DNA of 64,000 bases from Cyanidioschyzon merolae. Taxonomy: Eukaryota. Positions 11,403 to 22,751 of this stretch are shown here, piece after piece. The stretch's first letter is position 1; every line of letters starts with the position of its first letter. The notes below the pieces were generated by a model. That model ran no database searches and was not told the DNA's origin. It saw nothing but the letters and a program-made list of their open reading frames with translations. The stretch is from assembly GCA_000091205.1 (NCBI GenBank), contig AP006494.2; one strand, 5' to 3'. The translations under genes were made by a program, and so were the position numbers.

Positions 11403-13196
11403 ATGACGACGTTCTGGCGCTGCGGAACGTTCAGAAGACCTGTGAATGCGTTGTGGAACGTATCCGTGCGTGCAAAGTCGCCCCGCCAGCGTCAGCTGTT
11501 CCCAGTAGACGAACTGCAGGGCGCGCTCCGAGGACGCAGCGTCGCACCACGGGCACTCGAACCCGCTTACCTAGCCGCTCTGAGGGTATTCAGAAGTATG
11601 GGCCCGCTCCCAGTGTCGATCTTATTGCCTTCATCCGTGGCTACCACTCCAAAGTCAGTACTCGACAAAGATAGGATTCTTTCCCGATACTGTTCGTGTC
11701 CTGCTGGAGAGCGAGATAGAGGAGTTTCCATAGACCCCAGATGGACACCTTTCGTGCTCACAGATATCGGTGAAGGGATCGTCGAAGTCGAGATTCTACG
11801 TTGGCACGTCCAAGAGGGCGACTACGTGCGACCATTCGACGCCCTTGTCGACGTTCAGTCCGATAAAGCGACCGTTGAAATTACCAGCAGATTCCAAGGC
11901 GTCGTGCGTCATATTCCTCATCGAGTAGGTGAACTGGCCAAAGTTGGGGAAGCGTTGTGCTTCATCGAAGTTTCGGACGATGCACCGTCGGCAGAGACGC
12001 TCACACAGGCGCCCGACAAGCTGGCCAACACTGGCGTTGAAAGTGTGACTACTGCTGGCACCAATGCTGGCGCGTCTGCGGAGCCTGCTGTCCGTACACC
12101 TGGCGAGCTGAATCACGATGAGGTCTCTAGCTCACAAACACCATATCGAAAGCGAGTTCGGACCACACCGGCGCTACGAGGCCTCGCACGCGAGCGCGGC
12201 ATTGACCTCGCGAAGGTTACCCCGTCAGGCCCCGGGCGACGAATCCTACCAAGTGACATAGAGTTGTTTCTCGGGGCTCAGCAGGAACGAGGCGCTCCGG
12301 CGCTCTCCGAACAAAATACTCCGGCAGCGCTAGGCCTCTCGAATGCAACCACGAAACCTGAGGTTGGCGGTACAGCGGTCGGTTCTGGGTCAGCGGGGTG
12401 GCGAAAGGCCCTCATGCAGCGGGATCGACCTACCCTGGGTGAACATGTTACTGCAGTGCCTATTCGCGGACTGCGTAGAGCAATGGCAAAGTCCTTGGCC
12501 GCTGCGGCTGTCGTTCCGCATCTCGTGTACGGCGAGGAGGCCACGGTGGATCGACTCATTGATCTACGACGAGAGTTAACATCATTCGGAGAGCATCGAC
12601 TTGGAGGCAAACTCACGTACATGCCATTCTTTATCAAGGCAACGTCGGTGGCCCTGGAGGGCTTCCCCATCCTCAACGCAACCTTGGATAATGTTCAAGA
12701 CCCAAAGAACATCCTCTACCAACGTGACCATAATATCAGTATTGCGATTGATACGCCCGATGGTCTGATTGTTCCGAATATCAAGAAAGTGCAGCAGTTG
12801 AGTGTCTTTGATATCGCTCAAGAGCTGCGCCGTCTGCAGGAACTCGCCCACGCAGGCAAACTCAACCAAGACGACCTCTCGGGGGGCACATTCGCCCTCA
12901 GCAACATCGGAAGTATCGGTGGTATACATGCCAGTCCCGTCATTATGGTTCCCCAGGTGGCCATCAGCGCCCTTGGACGGATTCGACGGGTTCCTCGTTT
13001 TGCGAGCGACCAGCCAACGGCAATGAATGAGCGCTACACCCCTGGGTCTTTGGTGGTCTACCCGGCTCATGTAATGACCATCGTCGTTGCGGCTGATCAC
13101 CGTATCATCGACGGTGCGACTGTGGCCAATTTTTGCGCTCGCTGGAAGCTGGCAATCGAGTCGCCCACAGCTTTACTTCTCGGAAACGGCCCATAA
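11403..13196 (+). CDS. 2-oxoacid dehydrogenase complex E2 subunit (lipoamide acyltransferase), most like the branched-chain alpha-keto acid dehydrogenase E2; mitochondrial-type
   Basis: Lipoyl domain 'DIGEGIVEVEILRWHVQEGDYVRPFDALVDVQSDKATVEITS'. E3-binding domain 'TTPALRGLARERGIDLAKVTPSGPGRRILPSDIELF'. Catalytic domain with 'DHRIIDGATVANF'. The N-terminal approximately 120 aa look like a presequence, and the exact start is uncertain. Confidence 0.8.
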   Translation: MTTFWRCGTFRRPVNALWNVSVRAKSPRQRQLFPVDELQGALRGRSVAPRALEPAYLAALRVFRSMGPLPVSILLPSSVATTPKSVLDKDRILSRYCSCPAGERDRGVSIDPRWTPFVLTDIGEGIVEVEILRWHVQEGDYVRPFDALVDVQSDKATVEITSRFQGVVRHIPHRVGELAKVGEALCFIEVSDDAPSAETLTQAPDKLANTGVESVTTAGTNAGASAEPAVRTPGELNHDEVSSSQTPYRKRVRTTPALRGLARERGIDLAKVTPSGPGRRILPSDIELFLGAQQERGAPALSEQNTPAALGLSNATTKPEVGGTAVGSGSAGWRKALMQRDRPTLGEHVTAVPIRGLRRAMAKSLAAAAVVPHLVYGEEATVDRLIDLRRELTSFGEHRLGGKLTYMPFFIKATSVALEGFPILNATLDNVQDPKNILYQRDHNISIAIDTPDGLIVPNIKKVQQLSVFDIAQELRRLQELAHAGKLNQDDLSGGTFALSNIGSIGGIHASPVIMVPQVAISALGRIRRVPRFASDQPTAMNERYTPGSLVVYPAHVMTIVVAADHRIIDGATVANFCARWKLAIESPTALLLGNGP

Positions 13197-13322
13197 TCGT
13201 ATTCGGAGATATGCGGGCTCAGCAGCCGCGACGGGGTCCAGCTGCCGTCCCAGGCCGCGCACACGGAAGCGCTGCGACACGAAAGCGGTAAACCGAAGAA
13301 AGCCACAAATCCTCGGGCTACT

Positions 13323-13733
13323 TCATGAAAACGAATACGGAGCGTCTCCTTGACCGTTAGAGTCCGTTATCGCCTTCGATGGTGGACCTGCCTGAGCAGC
13401 GGTATCCGTAGAGGCCTGTGGGGAGCGTGCTGGTTCCACGGGCTCCTCAAAGCTGCTAGTTTCGGCTAGTACGCGTTCCACTACAGCTGGTTGCGAATGA
13501 GCTCCTGTGATCGCTGCAAGCTCTCCCTCTAACCGGATGATATCTCTGCGAACACGATCAATCTCTTGTTGGTACCAGGCGTGACTCCACTTGAACTTGA
13601 GAATACCACCACCAAGAATGGTTAGCCAGAAAAGGGCCAGGCCGCGGCGACTCTGGAAAGCCTCTACAAGTCGTAGCGACCATCTTCGACCCCACTGCAT
13701 ATGCTCGCAGCGCTGCTGCAACTTGCTCGCCAC
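13323..13733 (-). CDS. Hypothetical small single-pass membrane protein with coiled-coil segment
   Basis: 136-aa ORF with a transmembrane-like 'LALFWLTILGGGIL' followed by 'EIDRVRRDIIRLEGELAAI'. No family recognised. Confidence 0.25.
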   Translation of the reverse strand: MASKLQQRCEHMQWGRRWSLRLVEAFQSRRGLALFWLTILGGGILKFKWSHAWYQQEIDRVRRDIIRLEGELAAITGAHSQPAVVERVLAETSSFEEPVEPARSPQASTDTAAQAGPPSKAITDSNGQGDAPYSFS

Positions 13734-15808
13734 AGCAATACCAGAAACAAACTTGCAACCCCGTTACTGTACGCGGAGAAACTGTGACCAAGTCGTTGAG
13801 GCGTGCGGGCCTTGTCTAGAACCGGTACCTACTTAGTGCACATGTGTCCGCGTAATTGCTGAACGAGTCCCGTTCCACCCAGAACACAGGGTACTCCAGA
13901 CGCTCGGGATTCGGGATGCATACTTATGTATCGAGATCGACTGCACCAGGATACCAGCTTTCATGTGTTCGATTGTCGGACTCCTTCCAGTGGAAAAACA
14001 ACTGAAATGCACATTCCTCCTGTACTGGCTATCTCGTAAAGCCATTCTCCTTCGGACGTGAATGCAACCTTCACAAGTGCAGACGGATTACACGTGGAGG
14101 AGTACATCGTGGAATTTCTGCGATAGCTCATCCTTTATATTTCTGTTCATTTTTCTCGCAGATATCCAACGAAAGGAATGCATCCCACAATGACAGGAAA
14201 AGTTGCGGGCAGACCTCATGCTGTCACAGGTAGCTGGCGAAGAACGACTGTAATAGTCCAAGACAGTCATTCTGCGGACAGCAAGTGAATGACACAGTCT
14301 TCTGGGGGATCATGTCTCGAACATCATGCATACAGAACAGATCTTCTCAAATTATATCTACATGACGGTCTCTTCGTCAATCACTTCAACTCCATACAAT
14401 AGCTAAAAATTACGGCCAAAGAAGGTACCTGATATGAGGTTTTCGCGCTACTAATACGAGCGCTGAGAACGGGACACATCTGGGTAAAAAAGGAACGATG
14501 CTATGGGAGAGCGTCGCGCTTTGAACAACATACTTTCGATTTAGCACTGGAACACGAACGCTCTTTACAGGAAACCCGAGTCTTCGTCTCACTCGGTACA
14601 GCTTTTTATGGAGAAATTGGCAGATCTGTCTGCGGGTGCGCAATCAGAGGCAAACCGCTGTTCGTAGAGAATCGGCAAGGGTACATCCTCACAACACCCG
14701 TCCTAGCGATAATCTAACCGACTGAGCGCCCACAGACAATCAAGCGGAGGGGATCCTTGAACACACCATGCTTCGTAGAAGCCCTGCGCGTGGCTTCTCT
14801 TCTCACATTCTTCGGTCATGCTTGTGGACGATGTCGTTTTCCATCACTCAAAACCGGTCGAAGAGAATGCTGTTGAGATTGGTGCAGAGCTGCAGCTCAT
14901 GCCTGCGTATTCTACCGAGTTGGACCGTGTCAATGCGTCCGCTCTGCTGTCGAACGGCATTCCTACGCTAACGAATCCTTAGACGGATCGTTGGTAGCCA
15001 TGTCGCTGTTCTGAAACAGCTATTCTCTGACTTTACCAGCGCTCGACAGCTCCGCTGGTTTAATGCTCGTGCGTTGGAGCGAGTGGAAAAGCGTACCTTC
15101 GCCCGTGGCCGTTCTCGCAACGGAGACGGTGACGAAAAGCATTTGGAAAATAGTAGAAGCATTCATAGATAAGGCGGGTATCCGTCCAGCGTTCACGCAG
15201 GGCGCATGAATCCCGACGAAGATGTACGGATACGGAGTAGGGCAACAACATCAATGCCGTTCCTCTTGGTGAAGCTGAAGGCGAAGGGGCTGGTCATCGC
15301 GAGCAAGTTCGAATCATTTGAACAAGTTCGCGAAGAGCAATGACGGAGCGCGTCCAAGACTTGTGTTCTCCAGTAAGGGTACGGGACGCATTTTTCGCGG
15401 ACGATGAAAACCGAAGGATTATCGATATATGTGCACTTCATAAAGCCTATGGCTTACTCGTGCAGAGAGACTTATTTTCATCCGATCAAGCTAGTTGGAG
15501 AAAAAACAGTCCGAGGTTATCGAGGGCCCTGGGTTCATGGCTTCACGGAGTTCGCTGTACCTCCAAATCTAGAAGAGAGAAGAATAGGGAGCTGTCGCTG
15601 AAAAATCCCCGAAAGGCTGGAGCTGATTCCACTAGGCAAAATACCAAACTTTATTAGGTACGTCCGAGTTAGCGGACCCTCTTGATTCCACTCTGACACA
15701 GGCGTAAGCATTGACTATAGCTAAGCTTCTTGGCACGGCGCCGTGAGGTAGCCCCCAGCGGTCTCGCAGACCTGGACGAGGAGTGCGACGATTCAGCGTC
15801 CGCCTTAT

Positions 15809-17308
15809 TTAGGTTTCACTTATATATTCCGATAGGTTCATATCAAACTTGCGGGCAACGTGTTCCGCGAGTTCGCGGCTCACGTAGCATCGGAGTCGCT
15901 GGCGCTCCGCTGAACGTGCCTGCGTTACGGAAGAAAAGAAACCCTGACCAATAAGACCCGCGAGTACAGCACCGGTCGGCGGTGTTGTACTCCATCGAAT
16001 AAGGCTGTCGGATTCTCTGAGCTCGGCATCCATGCTGCGTTCTGATATGGCCTCCAGGAGGCGTTGCAGACGCTCTAATGAGAATGACCTGGTCTTGCGG
16101 CCGGTTTCCTCATGGACGCGTGGGCCGCGCCGCCTTTTACGCCCCGCAACGCCACCTGCTGCTTTTTCAAACAGTTTTCGATCATGACTTGGCGGGATAT
16201 GAGCAGCAAGGTATCCGGCGAGCACTAAAGCATTCGAGAGGCGGGACTCTGTAGCAAGCATTTCCCGCCAAGTACGCTGTCCATGAAGAGCGTTCATCTT
16301 CTCGATACATTCTTTCGATTGCTTTGTCGAACGTGCATAGACTCCTGCGACCGCTTGTCGAAAATATGGTAAGCAAGCCGAGTACGCACCTGCGAGCGAA
16401 GCGGCGTGTCCGGGACGTGGGCGCCAGGCTTTTGCGTATTTTGGATACAAGACATCGCTCCAGTAGGACAACTCATTCAAATCGTTTGTGAGGTCGTGAC
16501 AAACATCCAGTAGTGTATCCACGAAAGCATCTGCACACAAATCTCGACCAGAGCTCTCGGGTGTCTGCGGCCGTTCCGCTTCACGAGGCTGGACGGCATT
16601 TGCAAAGGCACAATGTTGCAGCAAGATATCCCGCAATGCCGCTCGATCATAGGGCGGGAAGTAAAGCGTCCAATCTGGTGCATAGGAAGACTCAACAGGA
16701 TCGAATAGACGTGAGGGTGGAAGGCGAGACTCTACGAGCACGCTCCAGCGTAACAATGCGCCAGTGGTTGTGGCACCACGGCACCGATCCGCGAAAAATG
16801 ACAAGCGTCTGAGTGATGCCAGAATGCGGGAAAAGTCGTCCAAACCACGAAGCCACTCTATACCTTCCAGGTGCAAAACGAGGAAAACATCTCGCTCTTC
16901 GAGCCGCTCCAGCAGTTCTAATAAAGTATGCATGAAAAGTGGCAGGTTCCACCTCGCTGGTGGCTCCGGAACAGACAGCTCCCGGGCACCTGCGATCGCG
17001 TAAACCTCACGAGCAACTGCAGCCATGAACTGCTCGCCGCTCACAAGTGTTCGGCAGTCTACGTGAAGCCAGCCTACGGACGGCTCAGAACGCTCTAGCA
17101 TCGCACGCACAGCGGCCAAAGTCTTGGTCTTCCCGGTGCACGCCCTACCGTGCAGGTGGATCCAGGTACACGTGGGGAAGAGCTGGACCGTGGGGCACTC
17201 CGGCCCCTCATGGTTCGCAATAACCAGCCCCAGGGCAGCACAGATGTTTTGAAACTGCTCAGCACGGTGCTTTGGAACCTGCTCCCAGCAGTCCCATTCC
17301 ATCAGCAC
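15809..17308 (-). CDS. ORC5: Origin recognition complex subunit 5 (ORC5)-like AAA+ protein
   Basis: P-loop 'GRACTGKTKTLAAV'. Colinear similarity to ORC5: 'TLYFPPYDRAALRDILL' versus human 'VLYFPDYSIGNLQKIL'; 'LVLAGYLAAHIPPSHDRKLF' versus '[21 protein letters not shown]'; 'FSLERLQRLLEAI' versus 'FPLDRLLAILYSI'. Confidence 0.7.
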   Translation of the reverse strand: MLMEWDCWEQVPKHRAEQFQNICAALGLVIANHEGPECPTVQLFPTCTWIHLHGRACTGKTKTLAAVRAMLERSEPSVGWLHVDCRTLVSGEQFMAAVAREVYAIAGARELSVPEPPARWNLPLFMHTLLELLERLEERDVFLVLHLEGIEWLRGLDDFSRILASLRRLSFFADRCRGATTTGALLRWSVLVESRLPPSRLFDPVESSYAPDWTLYFPPYDRAALRDILLQHCAFANAVQPREAERPQTPESSGRDLCADAFVDTLLDVCHDLTNDLNELSYWSDVLYPKYAKAWRPRPGHAASLAGAYSACLPYFRQAVAGVYARSTKQSKECIEKMNALHGQRTWREMLATESRLSNALVLAGYLAAHIPPSHDRKLFEKAAGGVAGRKRRRGPRVHEETGRKTRSFSLERLQRLLEAISERSMDAELRESDSLIRWSTTPPTGAVLAGLIGQGFFSSVTQARSAERQRLRCYVSRELAEHVARKFDMNLSEYISET

Positions 17309-18428
17309 CTGGTAAAGATTTCAAATTGTCTACCAGTCCCGGAAACAGCCTTGAATCGCTCGGTCAACCGTGAAACGCTTACGTTGCCGATCGCCAGCAA
17401 CGCAACGTTCTCAAGTGCCTGCGATTAGAAACCGGATATGCCGGTGTACGAGCGTTGAGCAACCAGGCAGCCGTGTTAGAGCAGGTTTGTAATGTGTAAT
17501 ATAGTATAGGACAAAGGCGTCAACACGCAGACCTTTCCGGGCGCGCGGGAGCCCAACACGTGTTCGGCCCAGCGTCCTTCGTGCCCCGAGCAGACACTTA
17601 TATATTTGCACTCGACGATCGATACGCCTTAACAGAACCTTCGAGTCGTGTAGAAGCTCCACAGGTATCCCGTAGAGAGCCCTGGGTGCACCTTGTAAAA
17701 AGCGACAGCACGCAGTCAACCCAGCACAGCAGAAAAGTTTGCCGCTCATTTCCCGCCAGCATCGACGCGCAACATCGCCGCACTTTCGATACGAGAGCGC
17801 TTCGCTGAAGGCGTTCAGGCAAGTCACGAAACACCTGCAGAAGCGCTCCTTTTATTTCACTGCTGCAACCGAATCCGGAGCAAGATTGCGAGAAAGTTGA
17901 TTTGGACTGCGCTAACCGTCGCGAGCAGCTGTTGTAGGTTCGTACTGTACCAGAATTCTGAAGCTCTCGTCGCCTACGCAACTGCGGGCTGAAGAACACC
18001 GCGAGAAAGTTGCATCACCGTCGGACTTCACGTGAAACATAGGGGACACGTACCACTGCATCTTTGAGTTGTTTGCCTAGGTTTTAAGTTAGGTTCAAAG
18101 GGATTTCGGGGCTCGATTCTGCACAGTGAGTACTTGCTGGGATTTCACCTGCGTCTAGAGTGCAGGCGTGCTGCATCCGAAACTCAACCGTAGTTACTTG
18201 CGCGCGTCGCTCCTTTTAGAATTGAGGTAACGCACCGCATATTTCGTTGAACGCGAAAATTTGGTGTCTCTGTGGATACCCGGCGGCGGGAAGCTACCTG
18301 CGCAAGAGCGCATATACTAGCCCGGAACGCGGTGCGGCTTGCTGCCCTTCGATCGTCGCGGTATTCGCGGGTTGATTGCGCTCCTGGGCACTCGACAGGA
18401 ACCCGTACATCACTAGAACGGCCTTCGT

Positions 18429-18737
18429 TTGGAGTACTTCGTGGCCTTCGTGAAAAACCTTTTATTCTCAGAGGATTTCATGCGCAGTCTACCTGATACG
18501 AAGCTGCTCGTAACGTTGCGTAGGTCGCTGCGAGGCGTCCCAGAGCGACAACGTCGTATTTTGGAGGCGCTCGGTCTTCGACGAATCAACCAGACGGTAT
18601 TGCATGAGGACGGCCCCGTTACATGGGGAGCGGTTCGCAAACTCATCCATTTGGTGGAACTCGAACGCGTCGCCGCTGCGGAGGCAGCTCAACGCCGTCG
18701 TCAGAAAAATGGCGTTCCGCCGTCGCCTCATCTCTAG
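18429..18737 (+). CDS. Organellar ribosomal protein bL30
   Basis: 'LLVTLRRSLRGVPERQRRILEALGLRRINQTVLHEDGPVTWGAVRKLIHLVELERV' aligns with bacterial L30 '[55 protein letters not shown]'. Confidence 0.65.
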   Translation: MEYFVAFVKNLLFSEDFMRSLPDTKLLVTLRRSLRGVPERQRRILEALGLRRINQTVLHEDGPVTWGAVRKLIHLVELERVAAAEAAQRRRQKNGVPPSPHL

Positions 18738-18894
18738 AACACACGGCTCGGTTGTGGTGTTTAATTTTCGAGCAGGAAGCAGCTTGGCATGCCGAAACGC
18801 TCTTTACGTGCTCACTATGATTTACGTCGGATACGCGTTGTTCCATATCGACGTTAGTCGCGCGCGAGATTCAGCGTCGTACCAGTTGGGGACC

Positions 18895-21800
18895 TCACAA
18901 AACGCCAAACATTTTCTTCAGTTTCAAGACGAGCTGCCAGTCATCTTTCGTAAGCTCGTCTCTGTAGAGCTCTTTCAGCAAATCAATCGCTTTCCGTGTG
19001 ATTCGGCTATATAGTTTGAAGGTGTGATCGAATTGTCGGCCGTACATCACATGGCTTGTTTGGCGACTGCTTACTTTGATGGCCACCAGATCTCCCCGGC
19101 GAGCTTGCGTAACGGATTTCTTGTTGGATTCGATGCTCAGCACCCGTCCAATGTCAACCATGCGACTCGTTTCCTCGTGCACAGCAACGAGACTCGAGCC
19201 ACAGCGAAGGATGCCCTCGTCGATGCGCACACCCAGAATCAGTGGATCCCGTTTGTTGAATATGCTGTCTGGCAGGATCGTTGCACAAACGGGAAAGACA
19301 ATATCCACCTCTGCATCTCGTTTCTTCCGCTCTTTCACTTGCTCCATATACTTTCGGAAGTGATCGAACAAGTGATAGATGATGTCCGCGGTGAAAATCT
19401 GGACTCCGAGGTTCTCCGCCTCCTCGCGCGCTTCCCGTTCCACTTTCACATCAAAAGCTAAAATAACGGCATACTCAGGTCTGTGTTCCAGCATGGTTGA
19501 GGCTCGAACTACATCACGTTTGTGGACTGGACCGATATTCACACCGCTGACAGGAATCTTTGCATCCTTGCGGAGAAACTCCAGTAGTGCCTCTAGCGAA
19601 CCGAGCGTGCTCGCCTGCACATACACGCCCACGCCCGAGGTGTCCACGGCAGCAAGGGTTGTGCTCAAATCAGCCATTACTTCTTCTTTGAGATACTCAA
19701 TTTCATCAGGGTTCCGAGCCACAAACATCTGCGTCCCAGCGACGGCTTTCTCGAGGCCCTCGGCACTGATCTTGACGCCCTGTGCTGCCTCAATGCGCTT
19801 ATGGTGGATATATTGCCCCTTGACTCGCAATTCCTTCATTGGATGCGGCGTCAGTAAAGCTCGAATGGTTGTGACGATGGGTCCATCCAGCCCGCACACC
19901 ACAATCGTGTCGGCCTCGTGGAGAGCGCCCCCAGTGAGCACCACATCGATTGTCGTTCCGAGGCCGTCAATGACTTTCACCTCCAGAACCGTGCAGTACA
20001 CAAAGTCTATGAACTTGAGACGCTCTACAAGCAGCCGCTGTGGAAGCTGAACAAGCAGCATCAGCAAATCGGGAATGCCCTCGCCGCTGATTGCCGAAGT
20101 GGGCACCAGGGATAAATTCCGCCGATAGTCAGTGTTCTCCCAGTATAGCTCCGCATTAAAGCCGATTTCCGCGAAGGCGGTCTTCGTTTCCCTTACCCGG
20201 CGCTCAAACTCAGCAGCAGTCGACGGATTCTCTTCCAAAGCCTGCCGAATGGGGGCCATCGGGCAAGGCTTCCAACCGTATAAGCGATCCACCTTGTTCA
20301 ATGCCACGATAAAAGGAGTCTTCCGCATCTTCAAGAGCTCAATCGATTCAAGCGTCTGCTGTTCGAGCCCATGCATGATGTCCACAACGAGGATGGCGAT
20401 ATCGCACAACGACGAGCCCCGAGAGCGCAAATTCGTGAACGACTCATGCCCGGGGGTGTCGATGATCAGCAACGACGGAATTCGGTACGTCAGCTCGGGG
20501 TTCACTTTCGCTGCTTCCTGACGAACCGCTTCAATAGGGAAATAGGTAGCACCAATTTGCTGCGTAATGCCGCCAGCCTCACCCTCTTGAACATGGGTGT
20601 GCCTTATTTTGTCCAGTAACTTGGTTTTCCCAGTATCCACGTGTCCCAGGATGCAAATAATTGGTGAGCGCAGTCGATCAGCGGACGCAGCTGTCCGTGC
20701 AGCAGCCTCATCAGCAAGGCGTTGACGCACAGCGAGCTGTCGGCGCTCTTCTGCGCTAAGGGCAGGGCCTGAGGGCTGCACCCGAGCTGGCTCACTGAAG
20801 CGCACCTTGCCCGAAATGGCTTCTTTCTGCTCAGCGTCGTCGTCGACACCGCTTTCTGAAGCAAGCGATAGCACGTGCTCGTCTTCTCCAGAACCCGAAT
20901 CACTGAATGCATCCGTCAAGTGCGCTTCGAAGCTATCAGGCACAGCCGCCACTCGGGCATCGCTGGCAGCTGCGACTGTTTTAGTCGAGTCGGAGGCCGT
21001 TGCAGCAACCTGCGCTGCCGCCTTGACACCTGTAGAGGTCGTCTGCTCCGAGTCCGTGCCAGTCGGGTCCTTGGGCCTGGGTTTCTTCTTGCGGTCGTCA
21101 TAGACTCTTTTTGATCGTTTGGTCGCTTCTTGCGGGAGCGTCGCTGCAGCGATTGCACCGCTTGCCATGCTCAGTTGAATGAATGCTTCTACGCGTTGCT
21201 TTCGTTGACGTTCACTCTTCGACAAGAGCTTACCCTCGCGACGGAGCTGCTCGCGACGGGCTCGTTCGGCCTCCTTCTTCTGACGTCGTTCCTCTTCTCG
21301 TTGTCGCGCCTCTTCCTCTTCCCGTTGCTGACGCTCGCGCTCGCGGGCCAGGCGGTCCTCCTCTTCTTGACGGCGCCGTTCCTCTTCCTCTGCTCGTCGC
21401 TGCTGCTCTGCCAAGATACGACGAACGATCGCCTTACTCGCATTGGAAGGAGCACTGGATGGCAGCTCACTGGATTCGGCTACTGCCTCAGCTTTTTTTG
21501 AAGCTTCCTTCTGCTTCTTCTTCAGCCGCTTCTTTTGTGCAGCCGTCAGTTGCTGACTCTGTGCCTCTCCGACATGATTCCGGTCCTCTATCTGCGCTTC
21601 CGCAATACGCTCCTCAGCTGCTGATTGATCCGACAAAGACTGAGTTTGATCTACAACTGTGCCAGCTTGCGACGTATGCCGATTTTTCGGATCCGAGACG
21701 GGAGACGCCCCGGGTGATTCTTGCGCAGCAGGTCTCTCTTGCACCCGAGGTGCATCGCCACCTGCAGATACCACCTGCTCCCCGTGCTGGGCTTCATCAG

Positions 21801-22692
21801 CCTGGCGACTGGCAAGGTCTGACGCATCGTGCCTTTCTGCAGCTTCTGCTGCAAGCAGCTCTTCGAACGATGCGTCTTGATCGTCGATTTCCTTCTGAGT
21901 AGCTTTTTTGGCCTTCCGTTTCTGTTTCTTGCTCGATTTCGTCTTTGTGGATTCCTCCTCAACTGCTTCGAGCTCCGCGAGAATGGCCTCAATTTCGGCA
22001 TCTTCCTCGTGCGACACCCCCGTATTCCCTTTCTTAGCGGAGGAGGAACGTTTGGTTGTCGTGTTGCGGAGAGCATCTGTGGGTGTCCAGGTACTGGGCA
22101 CCGCACCGGCCCGCGCATAATTCTTCTCTTTCGAAGTTGTCCCTGAAATCTCTGTTCCCGAACTAGTGCCGATCGCGTTACGAAAATCTTGCGGAACCGC
22201 AAGTGCCCCCGAGGCAGGGCTTCGTGAACCGTTCAACGAGGTATTATCACCGGTCCTACCACTTCGCCTGTGACTCGACCGGGTCGAATCGCTGCTCTGG
22301 GCGTCATCAGCGTCGGAGTTACCCTCGTCCGAGAGGCCAAGTGCTGAGAAAGCTGCAAATATGGAATTTCCTGGAGCGCTTTCGCCTATCCCAAGGTCTT
22401 CGTCGACGTCGGCGGGTCTCGGAAGCTCCCGCGAGACCCCGCGTCGACCGCGTTCCGGACGGTGAACTGTCTCCGTCTTAAGGTCTGACAAGCTTTCCTT
22501 ATTTCGTTTCCCCCTAGAGGCGTCAAGAGAAAGAGTAGTGACTCCCTCGTTCCCTAAAGATTGTCGGTGATCAGTTACGTTAAAAGTGGAGTCCTCTCCG
22601 TCTAGTGCTGGTAAAGCGGGCGCTCCAGACTTCTTCTTCTTCGCCTTTTTACCGCCCTTGACGGCCACAGGCATCTCTATATCCGGTTCCAT
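18895..22692 (-). CDS. EIF5B: Eukaryotic translation initiation factor 5B (eIF5B / IF2 homologue), single exon
   Basis: 1265-aa ORF. Lys/Glu/Arg-rich N-terminal half, then a GTPase domain 'SPIICILGHVDTGKTKLLDKIRHTHVQEGEAGGITQQIGATYFP', 'DTPGHESF', 'NKVDRL' and the full eIF5B domain II-IV architecture. Confidence 0.95.
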   Translation of the reverse strand: MEPDIEMPVAVKGGKKAKKKKSGAPALPALDGEDSTFNVTDHRQSLGNEGVTTLSLDASRGKRNKESLSDLKTETVHRPERGRRGVSRELPRPADVDEDLGIGESAPGNSIFAAFSALGLSDEGNSDADDAQSSDSTRSSHRRSGRTGDNTSLNGSRSPASGALAVPQDFRNAIGTSSGTEISGTTSKEKNYARAGAVPSTWTPTDALRNTTTKRSSSAKKGNTGVSHEEDAEIEAILAELEAVEEESTKTKSSKKQKRKAKKATQKEIDDQDASFEELLAAEAAERHDASDLASRQADEAQHGEQVVSAGGDAPRVQERPAAQESPGASPVSDPKNRHTSQAGTVVDQTQSLSDQSAAEERIAEAQIEDRNHVGEAQSQQLTAAQKKRLKKKQKEASKKAEAVAESSELPSSAPSNASKAIVRRILAEQQRRAEEEERRRQEEEDRLARERERQQREEEEARQREEERRQKKEAERARREQLRREGKLLSKSERQRKQRVEAFIQLSMASGAIAAATLPQEATKRSKRVYDDRKKKPRPKDPTGTDSEQTTSTGVKAAAQVAATASDSTKTVAAASDARVAAVPDSFEAHLTDAFSDSGSGEDEHVLSLASESGVDDDAEQKEAISGKVRFSEPARVQPSGPALSAEERRQLAVRQRLADEAAARTAASADRLRSPIICILGHVDTGKTKLLDKIRHTHVQEGEAGGITQQIGATYFPIEAVRQEAAKVNPELTYRIPSLLIIDTPGHESFTNLRSRGSSLCDIAILVVDIMHGLEQQTLESIELLKMRKTPFIVALNKVDRLYGWKPCPMAPIRQALEENPSTAAEFERRVRETKTAFAEIGFNAELYWENTDYRRNLSLVPTSAISGEGIPDLLMLLVQLPQRLLVERLKFIDFVYCTVLEVKVIDGLGTTIDVVLTGGALHEADTIVVCGLDGPIVTTIRALLTPHPMKELRVKGQYIHHKRIEAAQGVKISAEGLEKAVAGTQMFVARNPDEIEYLKEEVMADLSTTLAAVDTSGVGVYVQASTLGSLEALLEFLRKDAKIPVSGVNIGPVHKRDVVRASTMLEHRPEYAVILAFDVKVEREAREEAENLGVQIFTADIIYHLFDHFRKYMEQVKERKKRDAEVDIVFPVCATILPDSIFNKRDPLILGVRIDEGILRCGSSLVAVHEETSRMVDIGRVLSIESNKKSVTQARRGDLVAIKVSSRQTSHVMYGRQFDHTFKLYSRITRKAIDLLKELYRDELTKDDWQLVLKLKKMFGVL

Positions 22693-22751
22693 GACAGTAT
22701 CTACGTGCGCTTTACGTACACTGCACCGCCGCGGACACCATCAACGCCGTT

